A DNA stretch of 64,000 nt from Auanema rhodensis. Its lineage: Eukaryota > Animalia > Nematoda. A program made the position numbers and the translations under genes. Numbering within the stretch: position 1 is the stretch's first letter; each line of letters begins with the position of its first letter. The stretch spans positions 2,170,001-2,234,000 of the forward strand of contig OZ059898.1 of the NCBI GenBank assembly GCA_964057225.1, read 5' to 3'. The notes below the pieces were generated by a model. It searched no databases, was not told where the DNA came from, and saw only the letters and a list, made by a program, of their open reading frames with translations. Positions 11,401 through 26,100 of this stretch are shown here, in pieces.

Positions 11401-14400
11401 TACACTAATGCATCATTTTTCAAACGATCATAACTAATTTTTGTATTAAGCGTTTCTCAATGTAGTATAGTGCATTCGATGCGGATTTTCAAGCTGCGTC
11501 GATCTGTGTTATCAGATTTGCGCTAGCTTAAAAATGCACCGAGATATCAACTGATATAAGTTCACACTTATATCCTCGATTTTCACCCTGAAGATTTAAT
11601 TTTTTCGTTGAATAACATTGTCCATCGTCTTTGCCTTGAAAAATGGAATCTAAAAACATCTACTTTTTGCTAAATTATTTTGAAATTTTTCGAAAAAATT
11701 TTTGTCAAAATGTTTTTGGAAGCAATGTTGTGTGTACATGGAAACTCAACATACACTAATGCATCATTTTTCAAACGATCATAACTAATTTTTGTATTGA
11801 GCGTTTCTCAATGTAGTATAGTGCATTCGATGCGGATTTTTAAGCTGCGTCGATCTGTGTTATCAGATTTGCGCTAGCTTAAAAATGCACCGAGATATCA
11901 ACTGATATAAGTTCACACTTATATCCTCGATTTTGACCCTGAAGAATTAATTTTTTCGTTGAATAACATTGTCCATCGTCTTCGCCTTGAAAAAAGGAAT
12001 CTAAAAACATCTACTTTTTGCTAAATTATTTTGAAATTTTTCCAAAATATTTTTGTCAAAATGTTTTTGGAAGCAATGTTGAGTGTACATGGAAACTCAA
12101 CATACACTAATGCATCATTTTTCAAACGATCATAACTAATTTTTGTATTAAGCGTTTCTCAATGTAGTATAGTGCATTCGATGCGGATTTTTAAGCTGCG
12201 TCGATCTGTGTTATCAGATTTGCGCTAGCTTAAAAATGCACCGAGATATCAACTGATATAAGTTCACACTTATATCCTCGATTTTCACCCTGAAGAATTA
12301 ATTTTTTCGTTGAATAACATTGTCCATCGTCTTTGCCTTGAAAAATGGAATCTAAAAACATCTACTTTTTGCTAAATTATTTTGAAATTTTTCGAAAAAA
12401 TTTTTGTCAAAATGTTTTTGGAAGCAATGTTGTGTGTACATGGAAACTCAACATACACTAATGCATCATTTTTCAAACGATCATAACTAATTTTTGTATT
12501 AAGCGTTTCTCAATGTAGTATAGTGCATTCGATGCGGATTTTTAAGCTGCGTCGATCTGTGTTATCAGATTTGCGCTAGCTTAAAAATGCACCGAGATAT
12601 CAACTGATATAAGTTCACACTTATATCCTCGATTTTGACCCTGAAGAATTAATTTTTTCGTTGAATAACATTGTCCATCGTCTTCGCCTTGAAAAAAGGA
12701 ATCTAAAAACATCTACTTTTTGCTAAATTATTTTGAAATTTTTCGAAAAAATTTTTGTCAAAATGTTTTTGGAAGCAATGTTGAGTGTACATGGAAACTC
12801 AACATACACTAATGCATCATTTTTCAAACGATCATAACTAATTTTTGTATTAAGCGTTTCTCAATGTAGTATAGTGCATTCGATGCGGATTTTTAAGCTG
12901 CGTCGATCTGTGTTATCAGATTTGCGCTAGCTTAAAAATGCACCGAGATATCAACTGATATAAGTTCACACTTATATCCTCGATTTTCACCCTGAAGATT
13001 TAATTTTTTCGTTGAATAACAATGTCCATCGTCTTTGCCTTGAAAAATGGAATCTAAAAACATCTACTTTTTGCTAAATTATTTTGAAATTTTTCGAAAA
13101 AATTTTTGTCAAAATGTTTTTGGAAGCAATGTTGAGTGTACATGGAAACTCAACATACACTAATGCATCATTTTTCAAACGATCATAACTAATTTTTGTA
13201 TTAAGCGTTTCTCAATGTAGTATAGTGCATTCGATGCGGATTTTTAAGCTGCGTCGATCTGTGTTATCAGATTTGCGCTAGCTTAAAAATGCACCGAGAT
13301 ATCAACTGATATAAGTTCACACTTATATCCTCGATTTTCACCCTGAAGAATTAATTTTTTCGTTGAATAACATTGTCCATCGTCTTTGCCTTGAAAAAAG
13401 GAATCTAAAAACATCTACTTTTTGCTAAATTATTTTGAAATTTTTCGAAAAAATTTTTGTCAAAATGTTTTTGGAAGCAATGTTGAGTGTACATGGAAAC
13501 TGAACATACACTAATGCATCATTTTTCAAACGATCATAACTAATTTTTGTATTAAGCGTTTCTCAATGTAGTATAGTGCATTCGATGCGGATTTTTAAGC
13601 TGCGTCGATCTGTGTTATCAGATTTGCGCTAGCTTAAAAATGCACCGAGATATCAACTGATATAAGTTCACACTTATATCCTCGATTTTCACCCTGAAGA
13701 TTTAATTTTTTCGTTGAATAACATTGTCCATCGTCTTTGCCTTGAAAAATGGAATCTAAAAACATCTACTTTTTGCTAAATTATTTTGAAATTTTTCGAA
13801 AAAATTTTTGTCAAAATGTTTTTGGAAGCAATGTTGAGTGTACATGGAAACTCAACATACACTAATGCATCATTTTTCAAACGATCATAACTAATTTTTG
13901 TATTAAGCGTTTCTCAATGTAGTATAGTGCATTCGATGCGGATTTTTAAGCTGCGTCGATCTGTGTTATCAGATTTGCGCTAGCTTAAAAATGCACCGAG
14001 ATATCAACTGATATAAGTTCACACTTATATCCTCGATTTTCACCCTGAAGAATTAATTTTTTCGTTGAATAACATTGTCCATCGTTTTTGCCTTGAAAAA
14101 AGGAATCTAAAAACATCTACTTTTTGCTAAATTATTTTGAAATTTTTCGAAAAAATTTTTGTCAAAATGTTTTTGGAAGCAATGTTGAGTGTACATGGAA
14201 ACTCAACATACACTAATGCATCATTTTTCAAACGATCATAACTAATTTTTGTATTAAGCGTTTCTCAATGTAGTATAGTGCATTCGATGCGGATTTTTAA
14301 GCTGCGTCGATCTGTGTTATCAGATTTGCGCTAGCTTAAAAATGCACCGAGATATCAACTGATATAAGTTCACACTTATATCCTCGATTTTCACCCTGAA

Positions 14401-17400
14401 GAATTAATTTTTTCGTTGAATAACATTGTCCATCGTTTTTGCCTTGAAAAAAGGAATCTAAAAACATCTACTTTTTGCTAAATTATTATGAAATTTTTCG
14501 AAAAAATTTTTGTCAAAATGTTTTTGGAAGCAATGTTGAGTGTACATGGAAACTCAACATACACTAATGCATCATTTTTCAAACGATCATAACTAATTTT
14601 TGTATTAAGCGTTTCTCAATGTAGTATAGTGCATTCGATGCGGATTTTTAAGCTGCGTCGATCTGTGTTATCAGATTTGCGCTAGCTTAAAAATGCACCG
14701 CGATATCAACTGATATAAGTTCACACTTATATCCTCGATTTTCACCCTGAAGAATTAATTTTTTCGTTGAATAACATTGTCCATCGTTTTTGCCTTGAAA
14801 AAAGGAATCTAAAAACATCTACTTTTTGCTAAATTATTATGAAATTTTTCGAAAAAATTTTTGTCAAAATGTTTTTGGAAGCAATGTTGAGTGTACATGG
14901 AAACTCAACATACACTAATGCATCATTTTTCAAACGATCATAACTAATTTTTGTATTAAGCGTTTCTCAATGTAGTATAGTGCATTCGATGCGGATTTTT
15001 AAGCTGCGTCGATCTGTGTTATCAGATTTGCGCTAGCTTAAAAATGCACCGCGATATCAACTGATATAAGTTCACACTTATATCCTCGATTTTCACCCTG
15101 AAGAATTAATTTTTTCGTTGAATAACATTGTCCATCGTTTTTGCCTTGAAAAAAGGAATCTAAAAACATCTACTTTTTGCTAAATTATTTTGAAATTTTT
15201 CGAAAAAATTTTTGTCAAAATGTTTTTGGAAGCAATGTTGAGTGTACATGGAAACTCAACATACACTAATGCATCATTTTTCAAACGATCATAACTAATT
15301 TTTGTATTAAGCGTTTCTCAATGTAGTATAGTGCATTCGATGCGGATTTTTAAGCTGCGTCGATCTGTGTTATCAGATTTGCGCTAGCTTAAAAATGCAC
15401 CGAGATATCAACTGCTATAAGTTCACACTTATATCCTCGATTTTCACCCTGAAGATTTAATTTTTTCGTTGAATAACATTGTCCATCGTCTTTGCCTTGA
15501 AAAATGGAATCTAAAAACATCTACTTTTTGCTAAATTATTTTGAAATTTTTCGAAAAAATTTTTGTCAAAATGTTTTTGGAAGCAATGTTGAGTGTACAT
15601 GGAAACTCAACATACACTAATGCATCATTTTTCAAACGATCATAACTAATTTTTGTATTAAGCGTTTCTCAATGTAGTATAGTGCATTCGATGCGGATTT
15701 TTAAGCTGCGTCGATCTGTGTTATCAGATTTGCGCTAGCTTAAAAATGCACCGAGATATCAACTGATATAAGTTCACACTTATATCCTCGATTTTCACCC
15801 TGAAGAATTAATTTTTTCGTTGAATAACATTGTCCATCGTTTTTGCCTTGAAAAAAGGAATCTAAAAACATCTACTTTTTGCTAAATTATTTTGAAATTT
15901 TTCGAAAAAATTTTTGTCAAAATGTTTTTGGAAGCAATGTTGAGTGTACATGGAAACTCAACATACACTAATGCATCATTTTTCAAACGATCATAACTAA
16001 TTTTTGTATTAAGCGTTTCTCAATGTAGTATAGTGCATTCGATGCGGATTTTTAAGCTGCGTCGATCTGTGTTATCAGATTTGCGCTAGCTTAAAAATGC
16101 ACCGAGATATCAACTGATATAAGTTCACACTTATATCCTCGATTTTCACCCTGAAGAATTAATTTTTTCGTTGAATAACATTGTCCATCGTTTTTGCCTT
16201 GAAAAAAGGAATCTAAAAACATCTACTTTTTGCTAAATTATTTTGAAATTTTTCGAAAAAATTTTTTTCAAAATGTTTTTGGAAGCAATGTTGAGTGTAC
16301 ATGGAAACTCAACATACACTAATGCATCATTTTTCAAACGATCATAACTAATTTTTGTATTAAGCGTTTCTCAATGTAGTATAGTGCATTCGATGCGGAT
16401 TTTTAAGCTGCGTCGATCTGTGTTATCAGATTTGCGCTAGCTTAAAAATGCACCGAGATATCAACTGATATAAGTTCACACTTATATCCTCGATTTTCAC
16501 CCTGAAGAATTAATTTTTTCGTTGAATAACATTGTCCATCGTTTTTGCCTTGAAAAAAGGAATCTAAAAACATCTACTTTTTGCTAAATTATTTTGAAAT
16601 TTTTCGAAAAAATTTTTGTCAAAATGTTTTTGGAAGCAATGTTGAGTGTACATGGAAACTCAACATACACTAATGCATCATTTTTCAAACGATCATAACT
16701 AATTTTTGTATTAAGCGTTTCTCAATGTAGTATAGTGCATTCGATGCGGATTTTTAAGCTGCGTCGATCTGTGTTATCAGATTTGCGCTAGCTTAAAAAT
16801 GCACCGAGATATCAACTGATATAAGTTCACACTTATATCCTCGATTTTCACCCTGAAGAATTAATTTTTTCGTTGAATAACATTGTCCATCGTTTTTGCC
16901 TTGAAAAAAGGAATCTAAAAACATCTACTTTTTGCTAAATTATTTTGAAATTTTTCGAAAAAATTTTTGTCAAAATGTTTTTGGAAGCAATGTTGAGTGT
17001 ACATGGAAACTCAACATACACTAATGCATCATTTTTCAAACGATCATAACTAATTTTTGTATTAAGCGTTTCTCAATGTAGTATAGTGCATTCGATGCGG
17101 ATTTTTAAGCTGCGTCGATCTGTGTTATCAGATTTGCGCTAGCTTAAAAATACACCGAGATATCAACTGATATAAGTTCACACTTATATCCTCGATTTTC
17201 ACCCTGAAGAATTAATTTTTTCGTTGAATAACATTGTCCATCGTTTTTGCCTTGAAAAAAGGAATCTAAAAACATCTACTTTTTGCTAAATTATTTTGAA
17301 ATTTTTCGAAAAAATTTTTGTCAAAATGTTTTTGGAAGCAATGTTGAGTGTACATGGAAACTCAACATACACTAATGCATCATTTTTCAAACGATCATAA

Positions 17401-20400
17401 CTAATTTTTGTATTAAGCGTTTCTCAATGTAGTATAGTGCATTCGATGCGGATTTTTAAGCTGCGTCGATCTGTGTTATCAGATTTGCGCTAGCTTAAAA
17501 ATGCACCGAGATATCAACTGATATAAGTTCACACTTATATCCTCGATTTTCACCCTGAAGAATTAATTTTTTCGTTGAATAACATTGTCCATCGTTTTTG
17601 CCTTGAAAAAAGGAATCTAAAAACATCTACTTTTTGCTAAATTATTTTGAAATTTTTCGAAAAAATTTTTGTCAAAATGTTTTTGGAAGCAATGTTGAGT
17701 GTACATGGAAACTCAACATACACTAATGCATCATTTTTCAAACGATCATAACTAATTTTTGTATTAAGCGTTTCTCAATGTAGTATAGTGCATTCGATGC
17801 GGATTTTTAAGCTGCGTCGATCTGTGTTATCAGATTTGCGCTAGCTTAAAAATGCACCGAGATATCAACTGATATAAGTTCACACTTATATCCTCGATTT
17901 TCACCCTGAAGAATTAATTTTTTCGTTGAATAACATTGTCCATCGTTTTTGCCTTGAAAAAAGGAATCTAAAAACATCTACTTTTTGCTAAATTATTTTG
18001 AAATTTTTCGAAAAAATTTTTGTCAAAATGTTTTTGGAAGCAATGTTGAGTGTACATGGAAACTCAACATACACTAATGCATCATTTTTCAAACGATCAT
18101 AACTAATTTTTGTATTAAGCGTTTCTCAATGTAGTATAGTGCATTCGATGCGGATTTTTAAGCTGCGTCGATCTGTGTTATCAGATTTGCGCTAGCTTAA
18201 AAATGCACCGAGATATCAACTGATATAAGTTCACACTTATATCCTCGATTTTCACCCTGAAGAATTAATTTTTTCGTTGAATAACATTGTCCATCGTTTT
18301 TGCCTTGAAAAAAGGAATCTAAAAACATCTACTTTTTGCTAAATTATTTTGAAATTTTTCGAAAAAATTTTTGTCAAAATGTTTTTGGAACCAATGTTGA
18401 GTGTACATGGAAACTCAACATACACTAATGCATCATTTTTCAAACGATCATAACTAATTTTTGTATTAAGCGTTTCTCAATGTAGTATAGTGCATTCGAT
18501 GCGGATTTTTAAGCTGCGTCGATCTGTGTTATCAGATTTGCGCTAGCTTAAAAATGCACCGAGATATCAACTGATATAAGTTCACACTTATATCCTCGAT
18601 TTTCACCCTGAAGAATTAATTTTTTCGTTGAATAACATTGTCCATCGTTTTTGCCTTGAAAAAAGGAATCTAAAAACATCTACTTTTTGCTAAATTATTT
18701 TGAAATTTTTCGAAAAAATTTTTGTCAAAATGTTTTTGGAACCAATGTTGAGTGTACATGGAAACTCAACATACACTAATGCATCATTTTTCAAACGATC
18801 ATAACTAATTTTTGTATTAAGCGTTTCTCAATGTAGTATAGTGCATTCGATGCGGATTTTTAAGCTGCGTCGATCTGTGTTATCAGATTTGCGCTAGCTT
18901 AAAAATGCACCGAGATATCAACTGATATAAGTTCACACTTATATCCTCGATTTTCACCCTGAAGAATTAATTTTTTCGTTGAATAACATTGTCCATCGTT
19001 TTTGCCTTGAAAAAAGGAATCTAAAAACATCTACTTTTTGCTAAATTATTTTGAAATTTTTCGAAAAAATTTTTGTCAAAATGTTTTTGGAAGCAATGTT
19101 GAGTGTACATGGAAACTCAACATACACTAATGCATCATTTTTCAAACGATCATAACTAATTTTTGTATTAAGCGTTTCTCAATGTAGTATAGTGCATTCG
19201 ATGCGGATTTTTAAGCTGCGTCGATCTGTGTTATCAGATTTGCGCTAGCTTAAAAATGCACCGAGATATCAACTGATATAAGTTCACACTTATATCCTCG
19301 ATTTTCACCCTGAAGAATTAATTTTTTCGTTGAATAACATTGTCCATCGTTTTTGCCTTGAAAAAAGGAATCTAAAAACATCTACTTTTTGCTAAATTAT
19401 TATGAAATTTTTCGAAAAAATTTTTGTCAAAATGTTTTTGGAAGCAATGTTGAGTGTACATGGAAATCAACATACACTAATGCATCATTTTTCAAACGAT
19501 CATAACTAATTTTTGTATTAAGCGTTTCTCAATGTATTATAGTGCATTCGATGCGGATTTTTAAGCTGCGTCGATCTGTGTTATCAGATTTGCGCTAGCT
19601 TAAAAATGCACCGAGATATCAACTGATATAAGTTCACACTTATATCCTCGATTTTCACCCTGAAGAATTAATTTTTTCGTTGAATAACATTGTCCATCGT
19701 CTTTGCCTTGAAAAAAGGAATCTAAAAACATCTACTTTTTGCTAAATTATTTTGAAATTTTTCGAAAAAATTTTTGTCAAAATGTTTTTGGAAGCAATGT
19801 TGAGTGTACATGGAAACTCAACATACACTAATGCATCATTTTTCAAACGATCATAACTAATTTTTGTATTAAGCGTTTCTCAATGTAGTATAGTGCATTC
19901 GATGCGGATTTTTAAGCTGCGTCGATCTGTGTTATCAGATTTGCGCTAGCTTAAAAATGCACCGAGATATCAACTGATATAAGTTCACACTTATATCCTC
20001 GATTTTCACCCTGAAGAATTAATTTTTTCGTTGAATAACATTGTCCATCGTCTTTGCCTTGAAAAAAGGAATCTAAAAACATCTACTTTTTGCTAAATTA
20101 TTTTGAAATTTTTCGAAAAAATTTTTGTCAAAATGTTTTTGGAAGCAATGTTGAGTGTACATGGAAACTCAACATACACTAATGCATCATTTTTCAAACG
20201 ATCATAACTAATTTTTGTAGTAAGCGTTTCTCAATGTAGTATAGTGCATTCGATGCGGATTTTTAAGCTGCGTCGATCTGTGTTATCAGATTTGCGCTAG
20301 CTTAAAAATGCACCGAGATATCAACTGATATAAGTTCACACTTATATCCTCGATTTTCACCCTGAAGAATTAATTTTTTCGTTGAATAACATTGTCCATC

Positions 20401-23140
20401 GTCTTTGCCTTGAAAAAAGAAATCTAAAAACATCTACTTTTTGCTAAATTATTTTGAAATTTTTCGAAAAAATTTTTGTCAAAATGTTTTTGGAAGCAAT
20501 GTTAAGTGTACATGGAAACTCAACATACACTAATGCATCATTTTTCAAACGATCATAACTAATTTTTGTATTAAGCGTTTCTCAATGTAGTATAGTGCAT
20601 TCGATGCGGATTTTTAAGCTGCGTCGATCTGTGTTATCAGATTTTCGCTAGCTTAAAAATGCACCGAGATATCAACTGATATAAGTTCACACTTATATCC
20701 TCGATTTTCACCCTGAAGATTTAATTTTTTCATTGAATAACATTGTCCATCGTCTTTGCCTTGAAAAAAGGAATCTAAAAACATCTACTTTTTGCTAAAT
20801 TATTTTGAAATTTTCTGAAAAAATTTTTGTCAAAATGTTTTTGGAAGCAATGTTGAGTGTACATGGAAACTCAACATACACTAATGCATCATTTTTCAAA
20901 CGATCATAACTAATTTTTGTATTAAGCGTTTCTCAATGTAGTATAGTGCATTCGATGCGGATTTTTAAGCTGCGTCGATCTGTGTTATCAGATTTGCGCT
21001 AGCTTAAAAATACACCGAGATATCAACTGATATAAGTTCACACTTATATCCTCGATTTTCACCCTGAAGAATTAATTTTTTCGTTGAATAACATTGTCCA
21101 TCGTCTTTGCCTTGAAAAATGGAATCTAAAAACATCTACTTTTTGCTAAATTATTTTGAAATTTTTCAAAAAAATTTTTGTCAAAATGTTTTTGGAAGCA
21201 ATGTTGAGTGTACATGGAAACTCAACATACACTAATGCATCATTTTTCAAACGATCATAACTAATTTTTGTATTAAGCGTTTCTCAATGTAGTATAGTGC
21301 ATTCGATGCGGATTTTTAAGCTGCGTCGATCTGTGTTATCAGATTTGCGCTAGCTTAAAAATGCACCGAGATATCAACTGATATAAGTTCAAACTTATAT
21401 CCTCGATTTTCACCCTGAAGAATTAATTTTTTTGTTGAATAACATTGTCCATCGTCTTTGCCTTGAAAAAAGGAATCTAAAAACATCTACTTTTTGCTAA
21501 ATTATTTTGAAATTTTTCGAAAAAATTTTTGTCAAAATGTTTTTGGAAGCAATGTTGAGTGTACATGGAAACTCAACATACACTAATGCATCATTTTTCA
21601 AACGATCATAACTAATTTTTGTATTAAGCGTTTCTCAATGTAGTATAGTGCATTCGATGCGGATTTTTAAGCTGCGTCGATCTGTGTTATCAGATTTGCG
21701 CTAGCTTAAAAATGCACCGAGATATCAACTGATATAAGTTCACACTTATATCCTCGATTTTCACCCTGAAGAATTAATTTTTTCGTTGAATAACATTGTC
21801 CATCGTTTTTGCCTTGAAAAAAGGAATCTAAAAACATCTACTTTTTGCTAAATTATTTTGAAATTTTTCGAAAAAATTTTTGTCAAAATGTTTTTGGAAG
21901 CAATGTTGAGTGTACATGGAAACTCAACATACACTAATGCATCATTTTTCAAACGATCATAACTAATTTTTGTATTAAGCGTTTCTCAATGTAGTATAGT
22001 GCATTCGATGCGGATTTTTAAGCTGCGTCGATCTGTGTTATCAGATTTGCGCTAGCTTAAAAATGCACCGAGATATCAACTGATATAAGTTCACACTTAT
22101 ATCCTCGATTTTCACCCTGAAGATTTAATTTTTTCGTTGAATAACATTGTCCATCGTCTTTGCCTTGAAAAATGGAATCTAAAAACATCTACTTTTTGCT
22201 AAATTATTTTGAAATTTTTCGAAAAAATTTTTGTCAAAATGTTTTTGGAAGCAATGTTGAGTGTACATGGAAACTCAACATACACTAATGCATCATTTTT
22301 CAAACGATCATAACTAATTTTTGTATTAAGCGTTTCTCAATGTAGTATAGTGCATTCGATGCGGATTTTTAAGCTGCGTCGATCTGTGTTATCAGATTTG
22401 CGCTAGCTTAAAAATGCACCGAGATATCAACTGATATAAGTTCACACTTATATCCTCGATTTTCACCCTGAAGATTTAATTTTTTCGTTGAATAACATTG
22501 TCCATCGTCTTTGCCTTGAAAAATGGAATCTAAAAACATCTACTTTTTGCTAAATTATTTTGAAATTTTTCAAAAAAATTTTTGTCAAAATGTTTTTGGA
22601 AGCAATGTTGAGTGTACATGGAAACTCAACATACACTAATGCATCATTTTTCAAACGATCATAACTAATTTTTGTATTAAGCGTTTCTCAATGTAGTATA
22701 GTGCATTCGATGCGGATTTTTAAGCTGCGTCGATCTGTGTTATCAGATTTGCGCTAGCTTAAAAATGCACCGAGATATCAACTGATATAAGTTCAAACTT
22801 ATATCCTCGATTTTCACCCTGAAGAATTAATTTTTTTGTTGAATAACATTGTCCATCGTCTTTGCCTTGAAAAAAGGAATCTAAAAACATCTACTTTTTG
22901 CTAAATTATTTTGAAATTTTTCGAAAAAATTTTTGTCAAAATGTTTTTGGAAGCAATGTTGAGTGTACATGGAAACTCAACATACACTAATGCATCATTT
23001 TTCAAACGATCATAACTAATTTTTGTATTAAGCGTTTCTCAATGTAGTATAGTGCATTCGATGCGGATTTTTAAGCTGCGTCGATCTGTGTTATCAGATT
23101 TGCGCTAGCTTAAAAATGCACCGAGATATCAACTGATATA

Positions 23141-26100
23141 TGTTCACACTTATATCCTCGATTTTCACCCTGAAGAATTAATTTTTTCGTTGAATAACAT
23201 TGTCCATCGTCTTTGCCTTGAAAAAAGGAATCTAAAAACATCTACTTTTTGCTAAATTATTTTGAAATTTTCTGAAAAAATTTTTGTCAAAATGTTTTTG
23301 GAAGCAATGTTGAGTGTACATGGAAACTCAACATACACTAATGCATCATTTTTCAAACGATCATAACTAATTTTTGTATTAAGCGTTTCTCAATGTAGTA
23401 TAGTGCATTCGATGCGGATTTTTAAGCTGCGTCGATCTGTGTTATCAGATTTGCGCTAGCTTAAAAATGCACCGAGATATCAACTGATATAAGTTCACAC
23501 TTATATCCTCGATTTTCACCCTGAAGATTTAATTTTTTCGTTGAATAACATTGTCCATCGTCTTTGCCTTGAAAAATGGAATCTAAAAACATCTACTTTT
23601 TGCTAAATTATTTTGAAATTTTTCGAAAAAATTTTTGTCAAAATGTTTTTGGAAGCAATGTTGAGTGTACATCGAAACTCAACATACACTAATGCATCAT
23701 TTTTCAAACGATCATAACTAATTTTTGTATTAAGCGTTTCTCAATGTAGTATAGTGCATTCGATGCGGATTTTTAAGCTGCGTCGATCTGTGTTATCAGA
23801 TTTGCGCTAGCTTAAAAATGCACCGAGATATCAACTGATATAAGTTCACACTTATATCCTCGATTTTCACCCTGAAGAATTAATTTTTTTGTTGAATAAC
23901 ATTGTCCATCGTCTTTGCCTTGAAAAAAGGAATCTAAAAACATCTACTTTTTGCTAAATTATTTTGAAATTTTTCGAAAAAATTTTTGTCAAAATGTTTT
24001 TGGAAGCAATGTTGAGTGTACATGGAAACTCAACATACACTAATGCATCATTTTTCAAACGATCATAACTAATTTTTGTATTAAGCGTTTCTCAATGTAG
24101 TATAGTGCATTCGATGCGGATTTTTAAGCTGCGTCGATCTGTGTTATCAGATTTGCGCTAGCTTAAAAATGCACCGAGATATCAACTGATATAAGTTCAA
24201 ACTTATATCCTCGATTTTCACCCTGAAGAATTAATTTTTTTGTTGAATAACATTGTCCATCGTCTTTGCCTTGAAAAAAGGAATCTAAAAACATCTACTT
24301 TTTGCTAAATTATTTTGAAATTTTTCGAAAAAATTTTTGTCAAAATGTTTTTGGAAGCAATGTTGAGTGTACATGGAAACTCAACATACACTAATGCATC
24401 ATTTTTCAAACGATCATAACTAATTTTTGTATTAAGCGTTTCTCAATGTAGTATAGTGCATTCGATGCGGATTTTTAAGCTGCGTCGATCTGTGTTATCA
24501 GATTTGCGCTAGCTTAAAAATGCACCGAGATATCAACTGATATAAGTTCAAACTTATATCCTCGATTTTCACCCTGAAGAATTAATTTTTTTGTTGAATA
24601 ACATTGTCCATCGTCTTTGCCTTGAAAAAAGGAATCTAAAAACATCTACTTTTTGCTAAATTATTTTGAAATTTTTCGAAAAAATTTTTGTCAAAATGTT
24701 TTTGGAAGCAATGTTGAGTGTACATGGAAACTCAACATACACTAATGCATCATTTTTCAAACGATCATAACTAATTTTTGTATTAAGCGTTTCTCAATGT
24801 AGTATAGTGCATTCGATGCGGATTTTTAAGCTGCGTCGATCTGTGTTATCAGATTTGCGCTAGCTTAAAAATACACCGAGATATCAACTGATATAAGTTC
24901 ACACTTATATCCTCGATTTTCACCCTGAAGATTTAATTTTTTCGTTGAATAACATTGTCCATCGTCTTTGCCTTGAAAAATGAAATCTAAAAACATCTAC
25001 TTTTTGCTAAATTATTTTGAAATTTTTCGAAAAAATTTTTGTCAAAATGTTTTTGGAAGCAATGTTGAGTGTACATGGAAACTCAACATACACTAATGCA
25101 TCATTTTTCAAACGATCATAACTAATTTTTGTATTAAGAGTTTCTCAATGTAGTATAGTGCATTCGATGCGGATTTTTAAGCTGCGTCGATCTGTGTTAT
25201 CAGATTTGCGCTAGCTTAAAAATGCACCGTGATATCAACTGATATAAGTTCACACTTATATCCTCGATTTTCACCCTGAAGAATTAATTTTTTCGTTGAA
25301 TAACATTGTCCATCGTCTTTGCCTTGAAAAATGGAATCTAAAAACATCTACTTTTTGCTAAATTATTTTGAAATTTTTCGAAAAAATTTTTGTCAAAATG
25401 TTTTTGGAAGCAATGTTGAGTGTACATGGAAACTCAACATACACTAATGCATCATTTTTCAAACGATCATAACTAATTTTTGTATTAAGCGTTTCTCAAT
25501 GTAGTATAGTGCATTCGATGCGGATTTTTAAGCTGCGTCGATCTGTGTTATCAGATTTGCGCTAGCTTAAAAATGCACCGAGATATCAACTGATATAAGT
25601 TCAAACTTATATCCTCGATTTTCACCCTGAAGAATTAATTTTTTTGTTGAATAACATTGTCCATCGTCTTTGCCTTGAAAAAAGGAATCTAAAAACATCT
25701 ACTTTTTGCTAAATTATTTTGAAATTTTCTGAAAAAATTTTTGTCAAAATGTTTTTGGAAGCAATGTTGAGTGTACATGGAAACTCAACATACACTAATG
25801 CATCATTTTTCAAACGATCATAACTAATTTTTGTATTAAGCGTTTCTCAATGTAGTATAGTGCATTCGATGCGGATTTTTAAGCTGCGTCGATCTGTGTT
25901 ATCAGATTTGCGCTAGCTTAAAAATGCACCGAGATATCAACTGATATAAGTTCACACTTATATCCTCGATTTTCACCCTGAAGATTTAATTTTTTCGTTG
26001 AATAACATTGTCCATCGTCTTTGCCTTGAAAAAAGGAATCTAAAAACATCTACTTTTTGCTAAATTATTTTGAAATTTTTCGAAAAAATTTTTGTCAAAA

